From: Deltaproteobacteria bacterium | GTDB taxonomy: Bacteria; Desulfobacterota; Desulfomonilia; UBA1062 | NCBI GenBank assembly: GCA_029547045.1 | Contig: JAKPQL010000063.1 | Location: 119,727 to 183,726, forward strand | Direction: 5' to 3' | Length of the DNA: 64,000 bases | Part shown: positions 1-10,503 of the stretch, piece by piece | How positions within the stretch are numbered: position 1 is the first letter of the stretch | How the letters are laid out: the number at the start of each line of letters is the position of its first letter | Made by a program: the position numbers and the translations under genes | The notes under the pieces: generated by a model | Told to the model about the DNA's origin: nothing | The model's database searches: none | The model's input: the letters and a program-made list of their open reading frames with translations, nothing else

Positions 1-1008
1 CAGGTACTTCTCCGCCTTCGCATGCTCAGGGCTCGTCTTCAGCCCCGGATAGGTGACCCACGAGACCTTTGCGTGCCCCTCCAGGTACTGCGCCACGGCC
101 AGTGCGTTCTCCGAGTGCCTGGGCATGCGCAGGTGGAGCGTCTCCAGGCCCTGCAGGAACAGGAAGGCATTGAACGGGCTGAGCGCGGGCCCCAGGTCGC
201 GGAGCAGCGTGACCCTAGCCTTGATGATGTAGGCCTGGGCGCCCAGGGTCTCGTGGAAGTTCAGGCCGTGGTAGCTGGCATCGGGATCCGTGATGAGGGG
301 GAATCTGCCACCCTCCCAGTCGAACCTGCCCGAGTCCACGATGACGCCGCCCAGAGAGGTGCCGTGGCCGCCGATGAATTTCGTTGCCGAGTACACCGCG
401 ATGTCAACGCCGTGGTCGAACGGCCTCAGGAGGTACGGGCTCACGGTGTTGTCAAGTACGAAGGGCACCCCGGCCCGGTGTGCGATGTCCGAGACCGCAT
501 CGAGGTCCGTGACGTCGAGCTTGGGGTTGCCGATGGACTCGGCATACACGGCCTTGGTCCTCGGGCCGATGGCCCTCTTCAGGGCATCGAGATCCGTTGA
601 GGGCACGAACCTCACCGTGACTCCCATGCGGCCGAGCGTGTGGCGGAACAGGTTGTAGGTGCCGCCGTAGAGGTTGTCCATGGACACGATCTCGTCGCCC
701 GCCCGTGCAATGTTCAGAAGCGCCAGGGTGATGGCAGACTGGCCGCTCGCCACGGCCAGGGCCCCGATGCCGCCGTCCATGAGGGCCATGCGCTTCTCGA
801 ACACGTCGGTGGTGGGGTTCATGAGCCGGGTGTAGATGTTGCCCGGCGCCTTCAGGGCGAAGAGGTCCGCCGCGTGCCCCGTGTCCCTGAACTGGAAGGA
901 CGTGGTCTGGTAGATGGGCACGGCCCTCGCCCCGGTGGCGGGGTCTGGCTCCTGGCCGCCGTGCAGGAGCAGGGTTTCCGTTCTCAACGATGTATCAAGT
1001 ATGCCCAT
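1..1008 (-). CDS. metY: O-acetylhomoserine aminocarboxypropyltransferase/cysteine synthase (runs off window start)
   Basis: Not in ORF track; manual translation gives [38 protein letters not shown]...[10 protein letters not shown]...ASGQSA...LYGGTYNLF, typical of Cys/Met PLP enzymes; AAGGAGG RBS upstream. Confidence 0.92.
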   Translation of the reverse strand, partial: MGILDTSLRTETLLLHGGQEPDPATGARAVPIYQTTSFQFRDTGHAADLFALKAPGNIYTRLMNPTTDVFEKRMALMDGGIGALAVASGQSAITLALLNIARAGDEIVSMDNLYGGTYNLFRHTLGRMGVTVRFVPSTDLDALKRAIGPRTKAVYAESIGNPKLDVTDLDAVSDIAHRAGVPFVLDNTVSPYLLRPFDHGVDIAVYSATKFIGGHGTSLGGVIVDSGRFDWEGGRFPLITDPDASYHGLNFHETLGAQAYIIKARVTLLRDLGPALSPFNAFLFLQGLETLHLRMPRHSENALAVAQYLEGHAKVSWVTYPGLKTSPEHAKAEKYL

Positions 1009-1053
1009 ATCAACCTCCTTATGTGCAGTTCGCTCCAAGCGTTATACGTTGCA

Positions 1054-1962
<909 letters not shown>

Positions 1963-1971
1963 GCCCGCTCC

Positions 1972-2418
1972 TCAGATGTGGTACATCCCGGCCGCTGCGC
2001 CCTTTTCCCTGCTCTTCCCGGCCAGGTCCTCGAGGGTAATCGAGTCCAGCGTCTCGGATATCTTCCCGCTCAGCGCAGACCAGAGGTCCCTGCTCGTACA
2101 GGTACCCGAGCGCGGGCACACATCCGGGTTCTTCACGCAGTCCACCAGGCAGGTTCCTCCCTCCAGGACGTCCACGATCTCCCTGAGCGTGATTTGCGAT
2201 GGATTCCTGGCAAGGGAGTAGCCGCCGTGGGCCCCGCGGGTTGAGGTCACCAGGCCCGCCGCCTTCAGGGGGATCATGATGAGGCTCAGATACTTTTCCG
2301 AGATCCCCTCCTGACCGGCAATGTCCTTGAGAAAGACCTGGCCCTTCCCGCCCTGGTGAGCAATGGCAAGGTCCAGCATGAGTCTGACCCCGTACCGTGA
2401 CCGCGTAGACAGCTTCAT
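1972..2418 (-). CDS. Rrf2-family transcriptional regulator (IscR/CymR-like) with C-terminal Cys cluster
   Basis: MKLSTRSRYGVRLMLDLA, STRGAHGGYSLA, CLVDC...C...C. Confidence 0.95.
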   Translation of the reverse strand: MKLSTRSRYGVRLMLDLAIAHQGGKGQVFLKDIAGQEGISEKYLSLIMIPLKAAGLVTSTRGAHGGYSLARNPSQITLREIVDVLEGGTCLVDCVKNPDVCPRSGTCTSRDLWSALSGKISETLDSITLEDLAGKSREKGAAAGMYHI

Positions 2419-2435
2419 GGATAATACCTTTCTTT

Positions 2436-2481
2436 ATCTATTGATTAACTAGTATTTAGACGCAAAGACGTTCCCTGTCAA
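2436..2481 (-). promoter_or_regulatory. Putative sigma70 promoter with AT-rich Rrf2 operator candidate
   Basis: Minus strand TTGACA-17 bp-TAAATA followed by imperfect palindrome CTAGTTAATCAATAG just upstream of rrf2. Confidence 0.55.
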
Positions 2482-2526
2482 ACCATTTCTGCGACCGCGG
2501 TCATGCGTGTCAGGGTGGGCTGTGCG

Positions 2527-2730
2527 CTACAGCTTCATTCTCAGTTCGATGATACAGGAATCACCGGGCGAGGAATATTTCTCCACATCAACGCCGAGAT
2601 CCCTCATGGTGAGGCCCGACGTCACTGCCATCTTCTCGATGTCCCGCAGACACTGGGTGACGAGGCTGGAGACCCTGGTTTTCGCGGCTTCCACGTTGTT
2701 GTGTGTGGTTTGTAGTGTACCTGTATCCAT
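2527..2730 (-). CDS. Small hypothetical protein (67 aa)
   Basis: ORF with GAGGGGG RBS in an otherwise empty gap. Confidence 0.55.
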   Translation of the reverse strand: MDTGTLQTTHNNVEAAKTRVSSLVTQCLRDIEKMAVTSGLTMRDLGVDVEKYSSPGDSCIIELRMKL

Positions 2731-3058
2731 AACTACACCCCCTCACTTGACAGTATGTACCCTCACCCCTGCTGAAACAATATCCATGCCAGGGGGCATG
2801 TTCTAACAATTTCAAGAGGGTAGGGATCTGTCAGGCATGCACCCGGACGAAAAACGTACATCCTCGCGCAAGAAACGTTCACCGGGCAGCCATGCCCAGC
2901 GGCATCACGGGATCCTGGCTGGGATGAGGGGTCATAAGGTCAGCCACGTCGGGGGCCTTGCCGCGACTGCGGGAGAATCCCCTTGAACAATAGCTCCAAA
3001 CCTGGGAATATGAAGACCAGCACGAGAAGCGTCATGCAAAGAGGGAGGAGCATCCCCC

Positions 3059-3391
3059 ATGAAACCACTGTTCGCACGCTGGATCCTGCCGGTATTCCTC
3101 ACCCTGGCCCTGGCCGCATGCAGCAGCATCATGCCAGCGACAAAGATCGACACCATCCTGACGAACCCCAGGGAATACGCAGACAAGACCGTCACGGTCT
3201 CCGGGACCGTGGAAGACACCTTCAGCCTGGTGGTGATCAAGTACTTCGTGCTCAGGGATGAAACCGGAACGATACCGGTCATCACCCAGAGGACCATGCC
3301 TGCCCGGGGCAACGAGATCCGGGTGACGGGCACGGTGCAGGACGCCTTTTCCCTGGGCGACCAGCACCTGGTGGTGCTCCTGGAAAAGTAG
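3059..3391 (+). CDS. OB-fold lipoprotein
   Basis: GGAGG RBS; lipobox LAAC; beta-rich VTVSGTV...VLRDETGTI...IRVTGTV. Confidence 0.75.
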   Translation: MKPLFARWILPVFLTLALAACSSIMPATKIDTILTNPREYADKTVTVSGTVEDTFSLVVIKYFVLRDETGTIPVITQRTMPARGNEIRVTGTVQDAFSLGDQHLVVLLEK

Positions 3392-3461
3392 TACTCTCAG
3401 CGCCTGCACCAGAGTCGGCACGGGTGCTCCCCGCAGCACCTGCACCCGGGGATCACCGCTC

Positions 3462-4151
3462 TCAGAATTCCTCGAAATCCTCTACGCCGCCTGAGGATGT
3501 CGAACCTCTCCCAGGGGCCGGCACCGGCTGTTGCATCCCTGCACTGACTTTCTTTCCCACAGATACCTGCGTCTCCTGTCTCACGGTAAACCGCGAGACC
3601 GTCCTGGCCAGGTCCTGTGCCTCGCTGCTCAGGCTGTCCGAGGTGCTGGCGAGCTCCTCCACGGTGGAGGCGTTCTGCTGGGTGGTGGTGTCGATCTGGG
3701 CGATGGCCCGGTTCAGCTCGTCCACCCCGGTCGCCTGCTCGCTGGATGCGGCCGCGATCTCCTCCATGACTTGGGAGAGGTCCTGGATGTGCCGGATGAT
3801 CTGCTCCAGGGACTCCCCGGACTTCTTCACCATGGCGTCGCCCGCGGCGATCTTGTTCACCGTGTCCTCGATGAGGGCCTTGATCTGGCGCGATGCCTCT
3901 GCGGAGCGCTGGGCCAGGGCCCGGACCTCCTCGGCCACCACGGCGAAGCCCTTGCCGTGCTCACCTGCGCGGGCCGCCTCCACCAGGTAGTCAATGCTGG
4001 GGAGACGCACCCCGAATATGGTGTCCACATTCTTCTTGATCCCGAGCATGGAAAAGTAGCCTATGCCCCCGATCACTACCATGAACACGATCATGATGAT
4101 GAACCCGCCCGTCAGTTTCGTCCGTATCTTCACGTCTATAATCCCTGCCAT
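3462..4151 (-). pseudogene. Methyl-accepting chemotaxis protein, internally deleted
   Basis: N-terminal TM1 and start of four-helix sensor (LPSIDYL) joined in frame to the signalling tip VEAARAGEHGKGFAVVAEEVR; C-terminal pentapeptide DFEEF. Confidence 0.8.
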
Positions 4152-4483
4152 ACAATTATGCCCTCCCCAGTCCGTGTGGGTTCCATTCCGAGGTGCGGAG
4201 CCCGCCCTCGATGTTCTTCATCATCGGCATGAGGTCCGTCACGATCGTCAGCGTTCCCGGGAGATTCTCCCGGCGCAGGGAGTAACCTCGCACAATAAAA
4301 ATAATTACGAACTGGACCGTTTAAGAAAAGGGCAGGGACTTTTCCACCCCGCAACGGGTTTCACTACCGTTTCAGTAGTATTCCATTGCACGACAGTCCT
4401 CTCCGCTGTATAGTGCGTCCCTGTCCATGGCCATCAAGCACCGCGGCAGTGTCCGCCATGATAGGCAGGAGGAGGGTGACATC

Positions 4484-4921
4484 ATGAAGGGAAGCGTCGT
4501 TTCCGTCAACATCAGCTCTGACAAGGGACAGAAGAAGCACGGTATCGGTGCGGGTCTCCTCATCGTGAATCACGGCCTGGCTCATGACGCCCACGCAGGC
4601 ATGGAGACCCGGCAGGTGAGCCTCCTGGCCAGGGAGAGCATCGAAAAGATCCGCGCCAAGGGCCTCGACGTGAAGCCCGGCGATTTTGCGGAGAACCTCA
4701 CCACCACAGGCATCATCCTCCACGAGCTGCCCCTTGGCACCCGGTTCAGGGTGGGAGAGGCCGTGATCCTGGAGCTCACCCAGATCGGCAAGGTCTGCCA
4801 CGACCGATGCGCCATCTTCAGACAGGTGGGCGACTGCGTCATGCCCCGCGAGGGGGTCTTCGCCAGGGTCATTTCTGGAGGCGATGTGAAGGCGGGGGAC
4901 ACGATCCGGGTTGTGCAGTGA
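4484..4921 (+). CDS. MOSC domain protein
   Basis: GLAHDAHAG, RQVSLL, PGDFAENLTT, TQIGKVCH..C.I...GDCVMPREG; GGAGG RBS. Confidence 0.92.
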   Translation: MKGSVVSVNISSDKGQKKHGIGAGLLIVNHGLAHDAHAGMETRQVSLLARESIEKIRAKGLDVKPGDFAENLTTTGIILHELPLGTRFRVGEAVILELTQIGKVCHDRCAIFRQVGDCVMPREGVFARVISGGDVKAGDTIRVVQ

Positions 4922-5051
4922 ACCCTGCTGTTCAAGGGAAAATGGGCTTGCTTCTTCGTTTATCACCCATCATAATATCCAAGAAAGAGGTCATTGCATC
5001 ATGTGTCTGCATCCCTGTTTCCATCGACACTTCGCATTGAGGGAGGGAATC

Positions 5052-5735
5052 ATGAAGAAGGTCCTGGCGTTCTCCATCATTCTTCTGTTCATCATCGCCC
5101 AGTCCGCCTACGCCCAGTGGGGCTCGGGTCAGAAGGGCCCCAAGATCCGCGGCGACTTCAAGCCCGTGGTGGGCGCCTGGTCCGAGTACCAGGTCAAGGC
5201 GCCGGGCACGGCACCCTACAAGATGAAGATGGCCATCGTGGGCAAGGAGGGCAATTCCTTCTGGTACGAGACCGTCACCGACGGGCCAAGCGGCCGCGGC
5301 ATCATGAAGATGCTCGTGTCCGGCGACCCGAATGACCAGAAGAGCGTCAAGCGCATGATCATGAAGCAGGGCAAGGAGCCTGCCATCGAAATGCCGGTCA
5401 TGGGGGGACAACAGCAGGCCGGCGCCCAGGAACCCAAGGGCAAAATGGTGGACAAGGGCATGGAAAAGGTCACGGTCCCTGCCGGCACCTTTACGGCCAG
5501 GCACTACCAGTACATCTTCGAGAAGGACGTCATGGACTCGTGGATCGCGGAAAAGGTCTCCCCCTACGGTCTGGTCAAGTCAAAGGGCAAGGACTTCGAG
5601 ATGCAGCTCACCGGGTACGGCACGGGCGCCAAGACCGGCATCACCGAAACGCCCCAGAAGTTCCAGATGCCCAAAATGCCCGCAGGCATGCCCAAGGGCA
5701 TGATGCCCCCGGGCATGGACATGCCCGAGGAGTAA
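5052..5735 (+). CDS. Secreted hypothetical protein with Met/Pro-rich tail
   Basis: GGAGGG RBS, signal peptide MKKVLA...AYA; EKVTVPAGTF motif; tail MPKMPAGMPKGMMPPGMDMPEE. Confidence 0.8.
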   Translation: MKKVLAFSIILLFIIAQSAYAQWGSGQKGPKIRGDFKPVVGAWSEYQVKAPGTAPYKMKMAIVGKEGNSFWYETVTDGPSGRGIMKMLVSGDPNDQKSVKRMIMKQGKEPAIEMPVMGGQQQAGAQEPKGKMVDKGMEKVTVPAGTFTARHYQYIFEKDVMDSWIAEKVSPYGLVKSKGKDFEMQLTGYGTGAKTGITETPQKFQMPKMPAGMPKGMMPPGMDMPEE

Positions 5736-5801
5736 CTCTTGTCCTCCGGCACAGGGGGGCCATGGCCCCTCTGCCTGGCCTGCATCGAGCCCAGGGGTTG
5801 C

Positions 5802-6974
5802 ATGATGAAGAAGGCGGCTCCCCTCATCCTGGCCCTCGCGGCCATGCTCTCGTTGTACCTGGCGTCCTGCCGGGATACCGATGAGGTTTCCGCCCCCGGC
5901 CAGACGCCCCTTGTCGGCAAGGCAGCGGCTTCCCCGCAGGCTCCGGACGTGGTGCGGCTGAAGAAGTTCAGCTACGTGGACAGCACGGGCATGGGCTGCG
6001 AGGCCTTCAGCCTCCTCACCCCTGTCGGGTGGGAGTTCTCGGGCGGCATCGACTGGGTGTTCGACAACCCGGGCATGCCCGCTACGGCCCGCTTCAGGGT
6101 GAAGAACCCTGCAGGCTCCGAAGAGCTCGAGGTCTTCCCCAACCAGGCCATGTTCTGGACCGACAACCAGATGCTGCTCGCCACCTTCCCCGTGGGGTCA
6201 AGGTACTTCGGGGCCGAGGTGCGTCCCGTGCTCGGGCCGCAAGAGGCCCTCGCCTCCGTCGTGATCCCCCGTTTCCGGGGCAAGGCCCGGGGGCTCGCCG
6301 TGGTGGGCTCGGAGCACCTGCCCGAACTGGCAAAGGCATTGCATGCCGGCGCCCCCCAGCCCGGGGTGCGGGCCTTCGGCGATGCGGCCAAGGTGCGCAT
6401 CGAGTACAGTCTGGGCGGCATTCCCATGGAGGAGGAGATCTTCGCCGTGGTGGAGGGGTTCTCGTTCTCCATGCAGGGCATGCAGGGAATCATCACGAAC
6501 ACCAACTGGTACGTGGACTACATCTTCTCCTTCAAGGCCGAAAAGGGCGGCCTCCACAGGGCGGCCCCGCAGTTCCAGGCCATGATCAACTCCTTCCGGG
6601 TGAACCCGCAGTGGTTCAGCAGGTACAACCAGCTCGTGGAGGCCCTCATCCAGGCCCAGATCCGGCAGATCCGGTCCATCGGCGAGCTGAGCCGTTACAT
6701 AAGCCGGACCAGCAGCGAGATCAGCGATTCCATGATGCAGTCCTACAACGAGCGCCAGAAGGTCTACGACCGCATCGGCGAGAAGGTGAGCGAGTCCATC
6801 CGGGGCACCGAGCGCTACGTGAACCCCCTGGAGGGCTCAGAGGTGGAGCTGCCGGGCGGCTATAGTCACGTGTGGACGAATCCCCTGGGAGAATACCTCC
6901 TCACGGACAGCCCGTCCTACAACCCCAACGAGGAATCGAACGGGAACTGGCAGGAGATCCAGAGAAAACCGTAA
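5802..6974 (+). CDS. Hypothetical lipoprotein
   Basis: Signal peptide with LASC lipobox; long ORF with GC3-rich codons. Confidence 0.75.
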   Translation: MMKKAAPLILALAAMLSLYLASCRDTDEVSAPGQTPLVGKAAASPQAPDVVRLKKFSYVDSTGMGCEAFSLLTPVGWEFSGGIDWVFDNPGMPATARFRVKNPAGSEELEVFPNQAMFWTDNQMLLATFPVGSRYFGAEVRPVLGPQEALASVVIPRFRGKARGLAVVGSEHLPELAKALHAGAPQPGVRAFGDAAKVRIEYSLGGIPMEEEIFAVVEGFSFSMQGMQGIITNTNWYVDYIFSFKAEKGGLHRAAPQFQAMINSFRVNPQWFSRYNQLVEALIQAQIRQIRSIGELSRYISRTSSEISDSMMQSYNERQKVYDRIGEKVSESIRGTERYVNPLEGSEVELPGGYSHVWTNPLGEYLLTDSPSYNPNEESNGNWQEIQRKP

Positions 6975-6986
6975 AGGAGGCAGATC

Positions 6987-7439
6987 ATGGAATCGGCCGA
7001 CATGAAGCAGGGCCTGATACGGGCACTCATCACCCTGGGCGTGCTCCTCATCCTCCTCGGACTCGTCACGGGACTCCTGGTCCCTGAACTGGCAAACCCG
7101 AGGATGGCCCTTGCGAGCCACATGGAGGGCGTGATGAGCGGCATGCTGCTCGTGGTCATGGGCCTCATCTGGCACAGGCTGAACCTGGGCAGCGGCTTCA
7201 TGAGGGCGGCCGCCGGGCTCCTGGCCTACGGCGCCCTTGCCAACTGGCTCAATCCCCTGCTCGGCGCCGTCTGGGCCGCGGGCTCGTCTGTGATGCCCAT
7301 GGCCGGGATGGGCCACCGGGGAACCCCCGCACAGGAGGCCATCATCGGCTTTCTGGCCGTGACCCTGGCGCTGTCACTGCTCGCGGGCATGGGCCTGGTG
7401 CTCAGCGGCCTGTTACGAAAGGGCCCGGGGGCTGCCTGA
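6987..7439 (+). CDS. Hydroxylaminobenzene mutase (HabA/HabB)/styrene oxide isomerase family membrane protein
   Basis: Four hydrophobic helices; LANPRMALASHMEGV, YG..ANWL, GT.AQE motifs as recalled for HabB; AAGGAGG RBS. Confidence 0.8.
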   Translation: MESADMKQGLIRALITLGVLLILLGLVTGLLVPELANPRMALASHMEGVMSGMLLVVMGLIWHRLNLGSGFMRAAAGLLAYGALANWLNPLLGAVWAAGSSVMPMAGMGHRGTPAQEAIIGFLAVTLALSLLAGMGLVLSGLLRKGPGAA

Positions 7440-7440
7440 C

Positions 7441-9315
7441 ATGAACCCGGACCTGAAGGTGCTCGTCGTGGACGCGTGTTCAGGCTTCTACCGCATGGAG
7501 CGCTACCGCGTCGGCGACTTCTTCGGTCCCGTTGACCTGGGGCTCCACCTGGCCGGGAGATACAACAGCCTCAACATCGGGGTGGGGCTGCTCGCAGGCT
7601 CCATCCTCCCCGGGTCCAACCGGCTCGTCATCACGGGCTTCTCCCCGTGCTGGGGCGGCTTCTTCGTCTCCACCATGGGGGGCGCTGGCATCGTCTTCGA
7701 CAACCTGGGCATCAACCTCCTCTGTATCAGGGGAACTGCGCCGCGGACCGCCATCCTCCGCCTCAACCGGTCCCATGCCGAGGAGGTAGACGTGCGGCTC
7801 GCGGCCGTAAACCTGGACGCGGCGTGGGAGGCCGGCCGGGGCGGCGTCTACGGCCTCATGGACCACGCCCTGGAACGCTACGGTGCGGACTACCGGGAGG
7901 CACCGCGCATCCTGGCCACCGGCCCCGCGGCCCTGGCCACCGACTTCGGGGCCCTGGTGTCCGCGCCGGTGGAGAATGGAAAGGTCTCTTTCGTGGACAC
8001 CTGGGCGGGCCGGGGCGGGTTCGGATCCAAGTTGCTCCGGGAACACGGTATAGCTGCCGTCGTCTACGGCGGCACCTATATCGACGAGGACTTCAAAGAC
8101 CGCAGGGTGGCGGACACGTGGTTCGAGGACAGGTACAGGAAGCGGCTTGCCGCCAAGGACCTCGAGGCCACCACCAAGTACCGGTTCGACCCGGCCTTCA
8201 ACACGGGCGGCACCCTGGGCGTGAACTTCGCGGGCGCGGGCGGCAGCCTGCTGGCCTTCAACTACCGGAGCATCTACCTGGAAGAAGGCCGGCGCCTCGA
8301 CATGCACCAGCGGTTCATCCTGGACCACTACCTGAGACAGTTCAACGAGGAGACCATCGCCCCGAAACATCAGCATACCTGCGGCGAGCCGTGCGCGGCC
8401 GTGTGCAAGAAGATGCGCGGGGAGTACAAGAAGGACTTCGAGCCCTACCAGGCCATGGGCCCCCTGTGCGGGGTCTTTGACCAGCGTGCAGCCGAGCTGC
8501 TCACCCACCACGCCGACCGCTGCGGCTTCGACGCCATCTCGGCGGGCGGGGTGCTCGCATGGCTCATGGAGTGCCTTGCAGAGGGCCTCCTTGACCCGGG
8601 GGACCTCGGTGTTACGCAGAGGCCGGCATTCTCGCCGGACGGCTTCGGTGTCGAGACCGACTCCATGCACAACGCCAGCATAGGCACGGCGCTGCTTGAC
8701 GCCATCATCAAGAGAGAGGGCATCCTCGACCTCGCCGAGGGCGCGCGCAGGCTCTGCCGCAGGATCTCCCGGGACAGGGGCAGGGGTGTGCTCGACTGCT
8801 TCCTGTACACGGCCTTTGCCCGCAAGGGCTGGATGGTGCCCAACCAGTACTGGACCCCGGGCGTGCTCTCTCCCATGGCCGTCATGGGCAAGTACTACAT
8901 GCACTACGGGAAGGAGTTCGTCCCGCCCCGCGAGCTCGGCAGAAAAAATGCCGAGCGGTTCGTCCACGAGCTCCTCATGGACAACTTGGGTTTCTGCCGG
9001 TTCCACCGCGCCTGGGCCGAGGAGATGATCCCCGAGATCATGGGGTCGCTCTTCGGCATGAAGGACGCCTGCGTGAAGAACGCCGCCATGACTGCGGGGC
9101 GCATCAACAGCAGGAACGCCTCGGTGTTCTGGGAGGGCTCCCGCGCCCTGGACTTCATCCGCACCTTTCTGGAGCGCGCCAGGGAGGCGGGCGGCTCGAA
9201 GGACCCGGAACTCGCGAAGTGGATCGACTTCTTCGACCGCGACCCATGGGAGGCGGGCCTCACCTTCTGGTACGAGGTCCACAAGGGCATCCAGGAGTCG
9301 CTGCGGGAGTTCTGA
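7441..9315 (+). CDS. Aldehyde:ferredoxin oxidoreductase family protein, GAPOR-like
   Basis: GSILPGSNRL, STMGGAG, WAGRGG, NTGGT, TCGEPCAAVCKK, GFDAI, DNLGFCRFHR motifs. Confidence 0.88.
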   Translation: MNPDLKVLVVDACSGFYRMERYRVGDFFGPVDLGLHLAGRYNSLNIGVGLLAGSILPGSNRLVITGFSPCWGGFFVSTMGGAGIVFDNLGINLLCIRGTAPRTAILRLNRSHAEEVDVRLAAVNLDAAWEAGRGGVYGLMDHALERYGADYREAPRILATGPAALATDFGALVSAPVENGKVSFVDTWAGRGGFGSKLLREHGIAAVVYGGTYIDEDFKDRRVADTWFEDRYRKRLAAKDLEATTKYRFDPAFNTGGTLGVNFAGAGGSLLAFNYRSIYLEEGRRLDMHQRFILDHYLRQFNEETIAPKHQHTCGEPCAAVCKKMRGEYKKDFEPYQAMGPLCGVFDQRAAELLTHHADRCGFDAISAGGVLAWLMECLAEGLLDPGDLGVTQRPAFSPDGFGVETDSMHNASIGTALLDAIIKREGILDLAEGARRLCRRISRDRGRGVLDCFLYTAFARKGWMVPNQYWTPGVLSPMAVMGKYYMHYGKEFVPPRELGRKNAERFVHELLMDNLGFCRFHRAWAEEMIPEIMGSLFGMKDACVKNAAMTAGRINSRNASVFWEGSRALDFIRTFLERAREAGGSKDPELAKWIDFFDRDPWEAGLTFWYEVHKGIQESLREF

Positions 9316-9414
9316 GGCCACCCTGTCACGGCCCTTTTCTCTCCCATTGTCATCCGGGCATCTGCGGCTCATGTAAAAAAACTGCAAAGCCAGGCAGTTG
9401 CAACCTCTTACCGA

Positions 9415-9443
9415 TTGCATTTGCCCGTCAATGCACCTACAAT
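9415..9443 (+). promoter_or_regulatory. Putative sigma70 promoter
   Basis: TTGCAT-17 bp-TACAAT upstream of the acyltransferase pair. Confidence 0.5.
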
Positions 9444-9542
9444 CCTGCACCGGGCCCTGAGCTCATCAGCAGGGAGAAGAAGGGTTCCTGCCGATGAGCG
9501 TCTGGCCCGCGATGAATCGCACCGAATGAGAGGTTTCGCACA

Positions 9543-10442
9543 ATGCTGACATTCCTTCCACCCACAGCGCGGGGCGTCATATCCATATCCCTCATGTTCC
9601 TGAACACCCTCTTCTGGGCTATCCCCTTCCACATCCTGGCCCTGACCAAGGTGCTCAGCAGGAACGAGGCCTGGCACCGGGCCTGCGCCCGGATCACCAT
9701 GGCGGCCGGCAACATCTGGATCCGGGGACAGAACGGCATCCTCCGGCTCACCCAGCCCACGGTCTACGAGGTCCACGGACTCGAGGGGCTCAGCAGGAAG
9801 GAGTGGTACTTCGTCAACTGCAACCACCAGTCCTGGGCAGACATCCTGGTGCTCTTCTACGCCTTCACCGGGCACATCCCGTTCTTCAAGTTCTTCCTCA
9901 AGAAAGAGCTCTTCTGGGTGCCGCTCCTGGGCATCTCGTGGTGGGCCCTGGACTTCCCCTTCATGCAGCGATTCTCCAAGAGCTTCCTGGAGAAGAACCC
10001 CCACATGAAGGGCAAGGACATGGAGACCACGAGAAAGGCCTGCGAGCGCTACCGCCACACCCCGGTGTCCATCCTCAACTTCCTGGAGGGGACCCGGTTC
10101 ACGCCGGACAAGCACGCGAAGCAGGGCTCGCCCTACCGCCACCTCCTCAAGCCCAAGGCGGGCGGCTTCGCCTTTGCTTTAGCCGCCATGGACGGCAGGA
10201 TCTCCACCATCCTGGACGTGACCATCATCTACTCCGACAAGGGGCTGTCCTTCTGGGACTTCCTCTGCGGCCGTGTCGGGAAGATCACCGTGATGGCCAG
10301 GAAACTGCCCGTTGCCGTGGATGCGCTCACCGGAGACTATCAGAACGACGAGGCGTTCAGGGACCGGGTCCAGACCTGGGTCTGTGACCTCTGGCAGGAC
10401 AAGGACGAGATCATCGAATCGCACTGCAACACCCGGCAGTGA
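9543..10442 (+). CDS. YihG-like lysophospholipid acyltransferase (copy 1)
   Basis: NHQSWADI, FFLKKEL.WVP, NFLEGTRF, LLKPKAGG, DVTIIY. Confidence 0.92.
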   Translation: MLTFLPPTARGVISISLMFLNTLFWAIPFHILALTKVLSRNEAWHRACARITMAAGNIWIRGQNGILRLTQPTVYEVHGLEGLSRKEWYFVNCNHQSWADILVLFYAFTGHIPFFKFFLKKELFWVPLLGISWWALDFPFMQRFSKSFLEKNPHMKGKDMETTRKACERYRHTPVSILNFLEGTRFTPDKHAKQGSPYRHLLKPKAGGFAFALAAMDGRISTILDVTIIYSDKGLSFWDFLCGRVGKITVMARKLPVAVDALTGDYQNDEAFRDRVQTWVCDLWQDKDEIIESHCNTRQ

Positions 10443-10503
10443 CGGCATCGGCCCCCCTGTACAGAGAGCCGTGCGCCGTGATACCCTGTCCGCGTAAGGG
10501 GAT

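Noticed and set aside
4215-4255. Sigma28 promoter for the MCP gene
   Set aside because: A GCCGATGA -10 is present but there is no acceptable -35 at the right spacing
7480-9450. Long opposite-strand or alternative-frame ORFs (also 38345-40966, 44372-46819, 60956-63517 and many more)
   Set aside because: Shadow ORFs expected from high GC3 codon bias; they overlap genes with clear family motifs and have no motifs of their own
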